A DNA stretch of 64,000 nucleotides from Eledone cirrhosa. Its lineage: Eukaryota. Position numbers and translations under genes: made by a program. Below, in pieces: positions 11,572-27,097 of the stretch. The stretch lies in the NCBI GenBank assembly GCA_964016885.1, contig OZ024762.1, positions 15,252,001-15,316,000 of the forward strand, written 5' to 3'. The notes under the pieces were generated by a model. The model did no database searches, had not been told where the DNA came from, and was given only the letters and a program-made list of their open reading frames with translations. Position 1 is the first letter of the stretch; each line of letters begins with the position of its first letter.

Positions 11572-14528
11572 AAAAATTAATCCTACCAACCCCACCACTC
11601 CTACAACTGTTAGCCCACCCCCAGCACCACCCAACCTCTGTTCTAGTCCCACCGTTAGAACCAATTCTGCTTACCCAGCTTCTTTTACTAGTTCACTCAC
11701 TCCGTCGCTCGAATTTCAAAGCTGGCCCTCTACACTTGGTCGTTGCCAGGTCACCACCTGATTGTGCTCTCTGTGTCTGCATTAGCCGGTACCTAAACAC
11801 AATGAAATGTCACCTGTGCTACCAAAACTACCACAGGAACTGTGTCGGCATCAGCAAGGCTTCAATACTAGACCTTTAATCAGCGCCACTTTAGCTCCGA
11901 CGACCAGCTCTCTACCGAGTGTGTGTTGGTGGAGGGGACATGAGACCAGCAAAGTCGTAGGAGTAGAGACTAGTAAATAATATACGGTCCTAGCTATGTT
12001 AAGAATATATATAAGAAACATGTTCTTTACATTTAAGAAGACAAGAGAAATAAATATTTACCTCTTTCATGTAGGTAATATAGCGGTGTTATAAAACTAA
12101 TTATACAATCGGTGTAACAGTCGGTATAAATGAAAGATGTAGAAATAAAAGTTTTAACAATGACATGAATAAAGATACAGTAATTTAATATGAGCAAGAA
12201 TAAATATTTAATGGAATTAAATGTAATTTAATAAGAAATAAGTAAAAGAATGAATTGCTTAGGTAAAAGAAAAAAGCAAAATGAAGAAACAGAAAATTTG
12301 GTTTGTCTTTATAAACCTTATTTAGACTAATTAATCGGGCTGGAAGAAGTTTATGGAGCTGCTTCCTCTCGTGACAAAGAAGGGTTTCTCCCTGCGTACA
12401 AAAGGTTGGTTGTTTGATGCCTGTGTGAGATGCACAATGTTGCATGGTAGTGAGACATGGGCAGCAACTGCAGAGGATATGCGAAGGCTGGAGAGAAATG
12501 AAGCAAACATGCTCCATTGGATGTGCAATGTCAATGTGCGTGAAAGACCAAGCATGGACGAGTTGAGAGTGAAACTCTATAAGAAGGATAAACTGTAGTG
12601 TGCGGGAGAGAAGACTGTGTTAGTATGGCCATGCGATGCGTATGCAGGATTACCGCAGGGTGAAGAAGTGCCAAGTAATCCCAGTGGGAGGAAGACGCAG
12701 TAGAGGAAGACCAAGCAAGATATGGGCAGAGGTAGTGAGAGCTGACCTCAGATCGTTGAAGCTCAGAGGAGATGATGAAGGAGAGATGCTGCGCTGAAGA
12801 GGATCTGTCCCACCCTTATAAGCAGGGAAAAGTGGATGTATAATGATGATGATATATATATGTCCCACCCTTGCAAAAAGGAAAAAGCAGACGTAAAATG
12901 AAAATGCTGATATATATAGATAGATATGTATATATATATATATATACTTATACGTCATGGTGGCTACAGGTGCCAAGAGGAAGAAGCCGGACAATCCTCT
13001 GATATTTGTTTATCTTCCTTTCCTTCGTGGGCCGCGGTAGCCGGGTTTGTGGCCGAAGCAACCAAGTTGAAATCGGCCACCGGTGGTTGATATCACCAGG
13101 TTAGGAAACCCTGGTTTAGTAGCTCCAGTTATTACTTCGTTAGATATAGTCCGTAATTGAAATTAAAGCCTAAAGGTGTACTAAAGCCACAAACGTTTTT
13201 CTATCTATGAATTATTAGTGGTGTAAACAGATGAATTAAAGTCAAAGCTAATAAATATATCACCAAGAAGAATATCTAAGGATTTCCAAAGTGTAAAGTC
13301 AGCTCAAGCCTGGAGACTTATCAAGCAGGTGCCTGTCCCAGTTCCTGTAGCGTAAAGGGACTGAGAGTACATGACTTCCCCCTGGACATGATGTCAGTCC
13401 ATCGCAGGGTTAACACCCCACCTATATGAAATGAAGTTTTTGTTCAAGTAAAACAACTAACAACGCAGTCCAGGAATCGAATACATATATGATCGTAAGA
13501 CCAACACACTTACCACAAGAATTATTTTAACAAGCCTACATCCTACTGAGCCCAAGAAAGGGGCCTCATAACTAGAACAGGCATCATTTGTCCTAAATAC
13601 GGAGCTGACTTTACATATAATTATATATATATATATAATTATATATATATATATAGTATGTGTGTGTGTATGAAGATGTATGACCCCCTAGCAAGCCAAA
13701 CTACAGTTACTCCCCAACATGGACAGCAAATTAAAATATTACCTGTTAGAGACGAACGTAAAATGATTTGTTAGTGAACTACCGGTGTAACAGTAATTAT
13801 GTTACCGGTGTAACTATTTCTGTTTACCTTATTTTTAAATCACACTCCTATATTAGTTTAGTGACCTTTCAATTCAAATAAATTCTTGATGATGAGTGAA
13901 CTCGCATCGGAGTAGCCCAACGCCTTGGCCTCCGCGTGTGTGAGCCACATAAATGGTCTCAACGACATAGTGAGAAGAAGCCTGGACGCAGCTGAATTTC
14001 CATCTCAACTGGAGCCAGCAGGCCTAGGCCGCGGAGATGGCAAGCACCCCGAGGGAATCACCCTCTTCCCATTCGAAGGAGGTAGATCCACAAACCCCAG
14101 CATCGCAGCCCGTCTCGCAGATGAACATAAAATAAACAAATTCCGGTGTTTGTCCTGGAGCTTCTTCTACGCACCAGCCGCTGTCGAGACCCCCAGGCCT
14201 ACTTGGACCCATTACAGCCGAGCTCCTCCGCAACATCGGAGTGTCTGTGGCCCGTCTGAAGATGAAGTGCCACGAGGTTGGATGGTTGTTGCAGCAGGTG
14301 TCACTGCCCTTACATATATATACGTAAATGTTCCCTTGACTGCTATTTCTAGCATATATTAATAGACACTTTAGAAACAGCAGCTAAAAATCAGGAAACA
14401 ACAGTGGGTGTCTGTATATATATACACAGAGAGAAAAAGAGAGAGAGAGAGATAGAGAGAGCAGCCAAAGACACACACACACGCACATACAGACAGGTGT
14501 ATGTATATATATGTGTGTGTCTTTGCGT

Positions 14529-14583
<55 letters not shown>

Positions 14584-15296
14584 CAGTGATCCCCTTCGCA
14601 ACCTTTAATTAAACAAACCTGCGATGAGGCGATGATCAAAATAACCACCAAAATGTCAACAAACGGATACACGATAACATGTGTAGACGAAGTAAAACTT
14701 TTATTACTGTAATATAAAGTAGAAACCCTTTATTTAAACAAAGCTGCGATGCAGCAATGATCAAAAGAAACTTCAAAATGTAAACAAACTTCTCGTAGGT
14801 GCTGCCAGATACACGATAACATGTGTATACGAAGTGTATCTGGAAGTTTGGTCGTATTATATCGCTTTCAAATTGACCCCTATTATATTCAAATTATCCC
14901 CTGTGGGGCGTGCACCCCACGTTGAGAATCCCTCATAAATAAATATATGTGAGTGTGTTGCTATGACTGCTATTTCTAGCAGGTTTACTGCTGTCCTGTA
15001 GACGCACAACAAAAACCGGAAGTGGCAGCCATTAAAAAACTTTGGCTTAAAATCAGGCAAAAGTTTTTTAACAATTTGCCAAGAAAGATAACTGTTGTCT
15101 TACTTAATCGCAAAAATCGAGGCAAAAATTTTGCGGGTGTGCAGTTTGTTTGGTGTATTTGACTGCTATTTCTAGCATGTATGGACGCTTTAGAAATAGC
15201 AGCGAAACACGGAAAACAGCAGAAAGAAGGACACACACCTATATATATATATATATATATATATATAGGTGTGTGTCCTTCTTTCTGCTGTATATA

Positions 15297-15360
<64 letters not shown>

Positions 15361-18300
15361 CCAGGTATACACTCACCCATACATATACGCGTGTATATAT
15401 ATATAAATATATATATTTAAATGTATATATATCTGTGCATATATGTATATGTATATATGTATATATATATATATATATATACAGATACATAATTATATAT
15501 ATATATACGTGTGTGTCCTTCTTTCTATTGTTTTCCGTGTTTCGCTGCTATTTCAAAAGCGTCCATACATGCTAGAAATAGCAGTCGAATACACCAAACA
15601 AACTGCACACCCGCAAAATTTTTGCCTCGATTTTTGCGATTAAGTAAGACAAGAGTTATCTTTCTTGGCAAATTGTTAAAAAACTTTTGCCTGATTTTAA
15701 GCCAAAGTTTTTTAATGGCTGCCACTTCCGGTTTTCGTTGTGCGTCTACAGGACAGCAGTAAACCTGCTAGAAATAGCAGTCAAATACACCAAACAAACT
15801 GCACACCCGCAAAATTTTTGCCTCGATTTTTGCGATTAAGTAAGACAACAGTTATCTTTCTTGGCAAAACAGCCTGGTTTGTTAAAAAAATTTTGCCTGA
15901 TTTTAAGCCAAAGTTTTTTAATGGCTGCCACTTCCGGTTTTCGTTGTGCGTCTACAGGACAGCAGTAAACCTGCTAGAAATAGCAGTCATAGCAACACAC
16001 TCACATATATTTATTTATGAGGAATTCTCAACGTGGGGTGCACGCCCCACAGGGGATAATTTGAATATAATAGGGGTCAATTTGAAAGTGATATAATACG
16101 ACCAAACTTCCAGATCCACTTCGTATACACATGTTATCGTGTATCTGGCAGCACCTTGCGAGAAGTTTGTTTACATTTTGGGGTTTGCTCTGATCATCGC
16201 TGCATCGCAGCTTTGTTTAAATAAAGGGTTTCTACTTTATATTACAGTAATAACACTTTTACAAGACTCGGATTGTTTTTATATTAAAGGGGGGACATAA
16301 ACATATTTTAAATGTCGAGGTGGGGCATGGTGCAGAGAAGGTTTTAAACCACTGATATATATTTATTTATGCCCTTCTTTCTGTTGTTTTTTAAACTCTG
16401 AACTCAGCATTTTTCTGTTGTTCTCCGGGATTCTAGCAAAGTATAACAATATATATATATATATGGCAGGCAACCTCAGACTCGAAAAAGCCGCCGCTAA
16501 TCGTGATCGTTGGGGTTATAATTAGACTAAACTGCTTCCACTGGGCACCATTAGCTGGTTGTGATCATTGGAGAATTCTTTCTGCGCTGAAAGAGCCTAG
16601 GACTAAAAGATATATATATAGATGTCGAAACGGCAGTAGCACAGCCGTTGGGGTCCTGAATATTTTCACATCTATATATATGTGTGTATTCTGCGATATT
16701 TATAATTACATAAGTAAGCATATTTGAATAACAAAATTTGAGGTTTAAATACTTTATTTTTTACCAATAACATACAGAAAGGCATGAATAACAGCACATG
16801 TTAATTACTTTAATATTGAAAGTAGGCTTATAAATATTAAATTCAGCAGATTTTTGTAGCCTTCATGGTGGTCTGGTGGGTGATACCAGAGATGGTGGAG
16901 GTCCTGGTCTCGGGTTCAATACTGTTCATGGGTTACATATAAGGTTTCATGCTTTTTTTTTATATATATCCTCTTTTCTTCTTATCCCTAGATATAAATA
17001 TATATACATAAGGTAATTTGGTAGAATTGTTACAACATCCGATAAAATTCTTTGCAGTATTTTTCCAGTTCTTTACTCCGAGTTCAACTTTACCTTTCTT
17101 CCATTCGGTGTCGATAAGTCTTGAATATTTCTAACGTAGCAACAACTGGAGCCAGTTAACCAAGTTTTCCCAACCTAGTTGATATCACCTATCGGTTGGC
17201 GATTTAAACTGTTGGCTGGGACAATGACCAACTAATCAGTCAGATTCCAACTCACTATGTCTGGCATATATTTTATACTTTATATTTCAATGAAGTTCTG
17301 TAAGTAACCTGGTGGCTTAGATGGCAATACTGCTCGAATAGATGGCTTCTATTATGAAGTTATAAGTTCATTCCCTATCCAGGATTGTAGAATTAATTTT
17401 ATTTAGTTATTATTTAATCAATTCTTTTAACAAACAAATTATATCTATAAAACGCCAAATATAGTGAGTTCAAATCTGACTGACATGCATGGTATATATT
17501 TATGTTTCATTATACAGCAAACTTATAAAGATATGTATATATTGTCCAGGAGTTTCGAGTTCAGTGGGAATTGGTACAACTCTCAATTGGAGCTAGTCCC
17601 TGCAAGATCAGCATAAATAATGTTATACCTTTTCATGAAATCTTGCACACCCGATATTTTATACATGATTATTTAAAGGTGAACAAAAACCAAAGAACAT
17701 TGAGCAGCATTTCTCAACCTTTCTACCCATGTTGATCTCTTGAAATAGTTTTTATGTCTCAGGGAAGCCCTGCATAAAATATACTTTTTCTATCTCTAGA
17801 GCAGTGGTTCCCAAATCGTGTGCTGCGAGATGAAACTAGATGAGCTGCAAAAGACTAAGATTAAGTTTTAAGATGTGAAACATATAAAACTGAAATTTCA
17901 TATAAAAGTTCAAATATAGCTACAGCCACAAACCTAGGCTCCACACCCCGCAACGCAGAGGAGAGTAAGACAGTACCGAGGCCTGACTCACCTCTTCCAC
18001 TCCATTGAGACCTCTGCCATACTTGGTCCCCGTACTGCTGATTTCCTCCATAAAGTCGGGAGGAAAGACGGCAGGTGCGACTATTGTAACAGGTGTTTCT
18101 GTTCTTGCTCCGAGGTAACGCTTTTACGTTTCTTCCACGGGTTGCGGCTGAGGGACCACTTAGACTGGGGTGAAGTGTCTGTCCCTCCCCCGACTTCTTA
18201 TTTCTTTTCTTTTCTCTTCTTGCTTATCTCTGCTATACCACGGCATCAAAAACATATATGATATATGTATGTATGGTATAGGTGTATTTATATTTAGGAT

Positions 18301-18479
18301 AGTTATCGAAGGTAAATAGACTGGTTGGAGCAATAACAGTCTTGTTTATGTATATAAATATATATATATATATATGTTTGTTCTTGTATTTCCATAGAAA
18401 AGGTAAAGAAAAGAAGAATGCTCTATGTATTGTACAGAGCTATTTAATTACATAATAAACAACTGAATATAATTATTCC

Positions 18480-20128
18480 ATGCAAATAGACTTAGAATGG
18501 AAAACATTCAGACAGAGAAGAATGGATAATGGGAATGTAGAAGAATTTCATATTAGTGATATGAATGTTTCGTGTGATCACTGTGGAGCTTTGAAATTTA
18601 GAAATGAAAATTGTAACTGTTGTAATAAAGGAAAGGTTGTGTTGCCTCCATTGCAAATATACCCTGAGAGACTGAGAAATCTCTTTGAAAGAGGCCAGGA
18701 AGCAGTTCATTTCACAGAAACATCTGCAATTAAAACTACATTCATTTCACTTCATTTGGTGTTAAACTTGCCTTACCACCTGGTAGAGGCCCGTATAGCT
18801 TTCATATTCAGGGTCAAACATATCACTACACCCCCACTTCTGTAACCTGCAGAAAATACACCACAATATGGCCAGTTATATATTATTGATGGGAATGAAG
18901 GTGTGTAGCACAGATTGGAAGTACCACCAAATAATTGTTTCTGGCATAAGGCCAGCAATTACTGGTACTTTATTCTATCGACCTCATAAGGATGAAAACA
19001 AAGTCAACCTTGGAGGGATTTGAACCCAGAATGTAAAGGGCCATAAACCTATGCTGTAAAGCATGGTGTCTGACGCTCTACCGATACTGCCAATCCACTG
19101 CCCTAGTACCAACAAATAATGACTGCTCACCACAAAAAATGACTATGATAAGAGAGGTGTTGCATGAATGTAATCCATATGTCGAAGTGTACAATACAAT
19201 GCATGGCATCAAACAGCAAAGTGCAAGAAGAGAAAATTGTCGTGTACAGAACTGTGAATTAAGATATAGAATAGATCAGATATGAGCTGCTATAATTTAC
19301 CAACTAGTAATGATAGCTGTTGTTTTGTGGGGGATTGAGGGCACACCACCTGTACAAAGAGATATTATCACCTTTCCTAAAGACCATCCTCCTCAGAAAA
19401 TACCACATAATTCATGCCACTTGGACCTCACGACCGACCTATAATGGTTAATTTTAGTGGCATAGTGACATGGAGAGGAATGCAGGACCCGTGTTTGCAA
19501 TAGACTGACAATGCAGGAGTATTACATATACTGTATAGCATATAGAGGAGGATTTAGTGCGATATATAGGGCAGGTAAATTATTTTAGCAGTATTTAGTG
19601 GAAGCCTATATGAAAGTAGAGGGATGCAGGCTTCAATATTTGAGGAACAATCAAGCCCAATTGTGAGTGGATGAGTATAATGGTTTAATGAATTATCTAA
19701 ACAGATGATAACACTGAGCCTTAAGAAATGAAGACAAGATAAGAAACAGAGAAGACATTGACAAACTCCAATTAAAAGCAGGATCAATAATAATGCTTCT
19801 ATGGAATATTTCAATCCAGAACAGATTATGTAATGGCACAAGATTAGAAGTAGTGGAACTGCATAAACATTTTATCGAAGCTTCTCATATCTATGGTCCT
19901 TTGATGGGCAGGTGTGTTTTGATCCCAAGACTGAAGTTAGCCCCCAGTGGTGCCAACATCCCTTTTACTTTGGAAAGAGCCCAGTTTCCATTAAGACTGT
20001 CATATGCCATGACAATCAACAAGAACCATGGTCAAATACATGATAAAGTGGGTCTGTTTCTCCCTGAGCAAGTATTTAACCCTGGAGAATTGTATGTTGC
20101 TTTTTCAAGAGTTCACAGACAGATGTAA
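18480..20128 (+). mobile_element. Helitron RepHel remnant (unit 3)
   Basis: Copy of 1296-2965 that keeps more ancestral-looking residues (CNCCNKGKV, LYVAFSRV). Confidence 0.9.
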
Positions 20129-23092
20129 AAATTAATCCTACCAACGCCACCACTCCTACAACTGTTAGCCCACCCCCAGCACCACCCAACCTCTGTTCTA
20201 GTCCCACCGTTAGAACCAATGCTGCTTACCCAGCCTCTTTTACTAGTTCACTCACTCCGTCGCTCGAATTTCAAAGCTGGCCCTCTACACTTGGTCGTTG
20301 CCAGGTCACCACCTGATTGTGCTCTCTGTGTCTGCATTAGCCGGTACCTAAACACAATGAAATGTCACCTGTGCTACCAAAACTACCACAGGAACTGTGT
20401 CGGCATCAGCAAGGCTTCAATACTAGACCTTTAATCAGGGCCACTTTAGCTCCGACGACCAGCTCTCTACCGAGTGTGTGTTGGTGGAGGGGACATGAGA
20501 CCAGCAAAGTCGTAGGAGTAGAGACTAGTAAATAATATACGGTCCTAGCTATGTTAAGAATATATATAAGAAACATGTTCTTTACATTTAAGAAGACAAG
20601 AGAAATAAATATTTACCTCTTTCATGTAGGTAATATAGCGGTGTTATAAAACTAATTATACGACCGGTGTAACAGTCGGTAAAAAATGAAAGATGTAGAA
20701 ATAAAAGTTTTAACAATGACATGAATAAAGATACAGTAATTTAATATGAGCAAGAATAAATATTTAATGGAATTAAATGTAATTTAATAAGAAATAAGTA
20801 AAAGAGTGAATTGCTTAGGTAAAAGAAAAAAGCAAAATGAAGAAACAGAAAATTTGGTTTGTCTTTATAAACCTTATTTAGACTAATTAATCGGGCTGGA
20901 AGAAGTTTATGGAGCTGCTTCCTCTCGTGACAAAGAAGGGTTTCTCCCTGCATACAAAAGGTTGGTTGTTTGATGCCTGTGTGAGATGCACAATGTTGCA
21001 TGGTAGTGAGACATGGGCAGCAACTGCAGAGGATATGCGAAGGCTGGAGAGAAATGAAGCAAACATGCTCCATTGGATGTGCAATGTCAATGTGCGTGAA
21101 AGACCAAGCATGGACGAGTTGAGAGTGAAACTCTATAAGAAGGATAGACTGTAGTGTGCGGGAGAGAAGACTGTGTTAGTATGGCCATGCGATGCGTATG
21201 CAGGATTACCGCAGGGTGAAGAAGTGCCAAGTAATCCCAGTGGGAGGAAGACGCAGTAGAGGAAGACCAAGCAAGATATGGGCAGAGGTAGTGAGAGCTG
21301 ACCTCAGATCGTTGAAGCTCAGAGGAGATGATGAAGGAGAGATGCTGCGCTGAAGAGGATCTGTCCCACCCTTATAAGCAGGGAAAAGTGGATGTATAAT
21401 GATGATGATATATATATGTCCCACCCTTGCAAAAAGGAAAAAGCAGACGTAAAATGAAAATGCTGATATATATAGATAGATATGTATATATATATATACT
21501 TATACGTCATGGTGGCTACAGGTGCCAAGAGGAAGAAGCCGGACAATCTTCTGATATTTGTTTATCTTCCTTTCCTTCGTGGGCCGCGGTAGCCGGGTTT
21601 GTGGCCGAAGCAACCAAGTTGAAATCGGCCACCGGTGGTTGATATCACCAGGTTAGGAAACCCTGATTTAGTAGCTCCAGTTATTACTTCGTTAGATATA
21701 GTCCGTAATTGAAATTAAAGCCTAAAGGTGTACTAAAGCCACAAACGTTTTTCTATCTATGAATTATTAGTGGTGTAAACAGATGAATTAAAGTCAAAGC
21801 TAATAAATATATCACCAAGAAGAATATCTAAGGATTTCCAAAGTGTAAAGTCAGCTCAAGCCTGGAGACTTATCAAGCAGGTGCCTGTCCCAGTTCCTGT
21901 AGCGTAAAGGGACTGAGAGTACTTGACTTCCCCCTGGACATGATGTCAGTCCATCGCAGGGTTAACACCCCACCTATATGAAATGAAGTTTTTGTTCAAG
22001 TAAAACAACTAACAACGCAGTCCAGGAATCGAATACACATATGATCGTAAGACCAACACACTTACCACAAGAATTATTTTAACAATCCTACATCCTACTG
22101 AGCCCAAGAAAGGGGCCTCATAACTAGAACAGGCATCATTTGTCCTAAATACGGAGCTGACTTTACATATAATTATATATATATATATAATTATATATAT
22201 ATATATATATATAGTATGTGTGTGTGTGTATGAAGATGTATGACCCCCTAGCAAGCCAAACTACAGTTACTCCCCAACATAGACAGAAAATTAAAATATT
22301 ACCTGTTAGAGACGAACGTGAAATGATTTGTTAGTGAACTACCGGTGTAACAGTAATTATGTTACCGGTGTAACTATTTCTGTTTACCTTATTTTTAAAT
22401 CACACTCCTATATTAGTTTAGTGACCTTTCAATTCAAATAAATTCTTGATGATGAGTGAACTCGCATCGGAGTAGCCCAACGCCTTGGCCTCCGCGTGTG
22501 TGAGCCACATAAATGGTCTCAACGACATAGTGAGAAGAAGCCTGGACGCAGCTGAATTTCCATCTCAACTGGAGCCAGCAGGCCTAGGCCGCGTAGATGG
22601 CAAGCACCCCGAGGGAATCACCCTCTTCCCATTCGAAGGAGGTAGATCCACAAACCCCAGCATCGCAGCCCGTCTCGCAGATGAACATAAAATAAACAAA
22701 TTCCGGTGTTTGTCCTGGAGCTTCTTCTACGCACCAGCCGCTGTCGAGACCCCCAGGCCTACTTGGACCCATTACAGCCGAGCTCCTCCGCAACATCGGA
22801 GTGTCTGTGGCCCGTCTGAAGATGAAGTGCCACGAGGTTGGATGGTTGTTGCAGCAGGTGTCACTGCCCTTACTTATATATACGTAAATGTTCCATTGAC
22901 TGCTATTTCTAGCATATATTAATAGACACTTTAGAAACAGCAGCTAAAAATCAGGAAACAACAGTGGGTGTCTGTATATATATACACAGAGAGAAAAAGA
23001 GAGAGAGAGAGAGATAGAGTGAGAGCAGCCAAAGACACACACACACGCACATACACACAGGTGTATGTATATATATGTGTGTGTCTTTGCGT

Positions 23093-23151
<59 letters not shown>

Positions 23152-23866
23152 CAGTGATCCCCTTCGCAACCTTTAATTAAACAAACCTGCGATGAGGCGA
23201 TGATCAAAATAACCACCAAAATGTCAACAAACGGATACACGATAACATGTGTAGACGAAGTAAAACTTTTATTACTGTAAAATAAAGTAGAAACCCTTTA
23301 TTTAAACAAAGCTGCGATGCAGCGATGATCAAAAGAAACTTCAAAATGTAAACAAACTTCTCGTAGGTGCTGCCAGATACACGATAACATGTGTATACGA
23401 AGTGTATCTGGAAGTTTGGTCGTATTATATCGCTTTCAAATTGACCCCTATTATATTCAAATTATCCCCTGTGGGGCGTGCACCCCACGTTGAGAATCGC
23501 TCATAAATAAATATATGTGAGTGTGTTGCTATGACTGCTATTTCTAGCAGGTTTACTGCAGTCCTGTAGACGCACAACGAAAACCGGAAGTGGCAGCCAT
23601 TAAAAAACTTTGGCTTAAAATCAGGCAAAAGTTTTTTAACAATTTGCCAAGAAAGATAACTCTTGTCTTACTTAATCGCAAAAATCGAGGCAAAAATGTT
23701 GCGGGTGTGCAGTTTGTTTGGTGTATTTGACTGCTATTTCTAGCATGTATGGACGCTTTAGAAATGGCAGCGAAACACGGAAAACAGCAGAAAGAAGGAC
23801 ACACACCTATATATATATATATATAGGTGTGTGTCCTTCTTTCTGCTGTATATATGTGTGTGTGTA

Positions 23867-23922
<56 letters not shown>

Positions 23923-24019
23923 CCAGGTATACACTCACCCATACATATATATACGCGTGTATATATATATAAATATATATATTTAAATATATATATATCT
24001 GTGCATATATGTATATGTA

Positions 24020-24061
<42 letters not shown>

Positions 24062-26962
24062 TACATAATTATATATATATATACGTGTGTGTCCTTCTTT
24101 CTGTTGTTTTCCGTGTTTCGCTGCTATTTCTAAAGCGTCCATACATGCTAGAAATAGCAGTCGAATACACCAAACAAACTGCACACCCGCAAAATTTTTG
24201 CCTCGATTTTTGCGATTAAGTAAGACAAGAGTTATCTTTCTTGGCAAAGTGTTAAAAAACTTTTGCCTGATTTTAAGCCAAAGTTTTTTAATGGCTGCCA
24301 CTTCCGGTTTTCGTTGTGCGTCTACAGGACAGCAGTAAACCTGCTAGAACTAGCAGTCAAATACACCAAACAAACTGCACACCCGCAAAATTTTTGCCTC
24401 GATTTTTGCGATTAAGTAAGACAACAGTTATCTTTCTTGGCAAAACAGCCTGGTTTGTTAAAAAAATTTTGCCTGATTTTAAGCCAAAGTTTTTTAATGG
24501 CTGCCACTTCCGGTTTTCGTTGTGCGTCTACAGGACAGCAGTAAACCTGCTAGAAATAGCAGTCATAGCAACACACTCACATATATTTATTTATGAGGAA
24601 TTCTCAACGTGGGGTGAACGCCCCACAGGGGATAATTTGAATATAATAGGGGTCAATTTGAAAGTGATATAATACGACCAAACTTCCAGATCCACTTCGT
24701 ATACACATGTTATCGTGTATCTGGCAGCACCTGCGAGAAGTTTGTTTACATTTTGGGGTTTGCTTTGATGATCGCTGCATCGCAGCTTTGTTTAAATAAA
24801 GGGTTTCTACTTTATATTACAGTCATAACACTTTTACAAGACTCGGATTGTTTTTATATTAAAGGGGGGACATAAACATATTTTAAATGTCGAGGTGGGG
24901 CATGGTGCAGAGAAGGTTTTAAACCACTGATATATATTTATTTATGCCCTTCTTTCTGTTGTTTTTTAAACTCTGAACTCAGTATTTTTCTGTTGTTCTC
25001 CGGGATTCTAGCAAAGTATAACAATATATATATATATATATATATATGGCAGTCAACCTCAGACTCGAAAAAGCCGCTGCTAATCGTGATCGTTGGGGTT
25101 ATAATTAGACTAAAGTGCTTCCACTGGGCACCATTAGCTGGTTGTGATAATTGGAGAATTCTGTCTGCGCTGAAAGAGCCTAGGACTAAAAGATATATAT
25201 ATAGATGTCGAAACGGCAGTAGCACAGCCGTTGGGGTCCTGAATATTTTCACATCTATATATATGTGTGAATTCTGCGATATTTATAATTACATAAGTAA
25301 GCATATTTGAATAACAAAATTTGAGGTTTAAATACTTTATTTTTTACCAATAACATACAGAAAGGCATGAATAACACCACATGTTAATTACTTTAATATT
25401 GAAAGTAGGCTTATAAATATTAAATTCAGCAGATTTTTGTAGCCTTCATGGTGGTCTGGTGGGTGATACCAGAGATGGTGGAGGTCCTGGTCTCGGGTTC
25501 AATACTGTTCATGGGTTACATATAAGGTTTCATGCTTTTTTTTTTTTTTTTTTCATATATATATCCTGTTTTCTTCTTATCCCTAGATATAAATATATAT
25601 ACATAAGGTAATTTGGTAGAATTGTTACAACATCCGATAAAATTCTTTGCAGTATTTTTCCAGTTCTTTACTCCGAGTTCAACTTTACCTTTCTTCCATT
25701 CGGTGTCGATAAGTCTTGAATATGTCTAACGTAGCAACAACTGGAGCTACTTAACCAAGTTTTCCCAACCTAGTTGATATCACCTATCGGTTGGCGATTT
25801 AAACTGTTGGCTGGGACAATGACACACTAATCAGTCAGATTCCAACTCACTATGTCTGGCATATATTTTATACTTTATATTTCAATGAAGTTCTGTAAGT
25901 AACCTGGTGGCTTAGATGGCAATACTGCTCGAATAGATGGCTTCTATTATGAAGTTATAAGTTCATTCCCTATCCAGGATTGTAGAATTAATTTTATTTA
26001 GTTATTATTTAATCAATTCTTTTAACAAACAAATTATATCTATAAAACGCCAAATATAGTGAGTTCAAATCTGACTGACATGCATGGTATATATTTATGT
26101 TTCATTATACAGCGAACTTATAAAGATATGTATATATTGTCCAGGAGTTTCGAGTTTAGTGGGAATTGGTACAATTCTCAATTGGAGCTAGTCCCTGCAA
26201 GATCAGCATAAATAATGTTATACCGTTTCATGAAATCTTGCACACCCGATATTTTATACATGATTATTTAAAGGTGAACAAAAACCAAAGAACATTGAGC
26301 AGCATTTCTCAACCTTTCTACCCATGTTGATCTCTTGAAATAGTTTTTATGTCTGAGGGAAGCCCTGCATAAAATATACTTTTTCTATCTCTAGAGCAGT
26401 GGTTCCCAAATCGTGTGCTGCGAGATGAAACTAGATGAGCTGCAAAAGACTAAGATTAAGTTTTAAGATGTGAAAAATATAAAACTGAAATTTCATATAA
26501 AAGTTCAAATATAGCTACAGCCACAAACCTAGGCTCCACACCCCGCAACGCAGAGGAGAGTACGACAGTACCGAGGCCTGACTCACCTCTTCCACTCCAT
26601 TGAGACCTCTGCCATACTTGGTCCCCGTACTGCTGATTTACTCCATAAAGTCGGGAAGAAAGACGGCAGGTGCGACTATTGTAGCAGGTGTTTCTGTTCT
26701 TGCTCCGAGGTAACGCTTTTACGTTTCTTCCACGGGTTGCGGCTGAGGGACCACTTAGGCTGGGGTGAAGTGTCTGTCACTCCCCCGACTTCTTATTTCT
26801 TTTTTTTCTCCTTTTCATTTTCTTTTCTCTTCTTGCTTATCTCTGCTATACCACGGCATCAAAAACATATATGATATATGTATGTATGGTATAGGTGTAT
26901 TTATATTGAGGATAGTTATCGAAGGTAAATAGACTGGTTGGAGCAATAACAGTTTGTTTATG

Positions 26963-26993
<31 letters not shown>

Positions 26994-27097
26994 GTTTGTT
27001 CTTGTATTTCCATAGAAAAGGTAAAGAAAAGAAGAATGCTCTATGTATTGTACAGAGCTATTTAATTACATAATAAACAACTGAATATAATTATTCC

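Noticed and set aside
24938-25252. Minus-strand ORF with a signal-peptide-like start (MKIFRTPTAVLL..)
   Set aside because: Interrupted by a stop in the other three units and antisense to a probable Penelope remnant.
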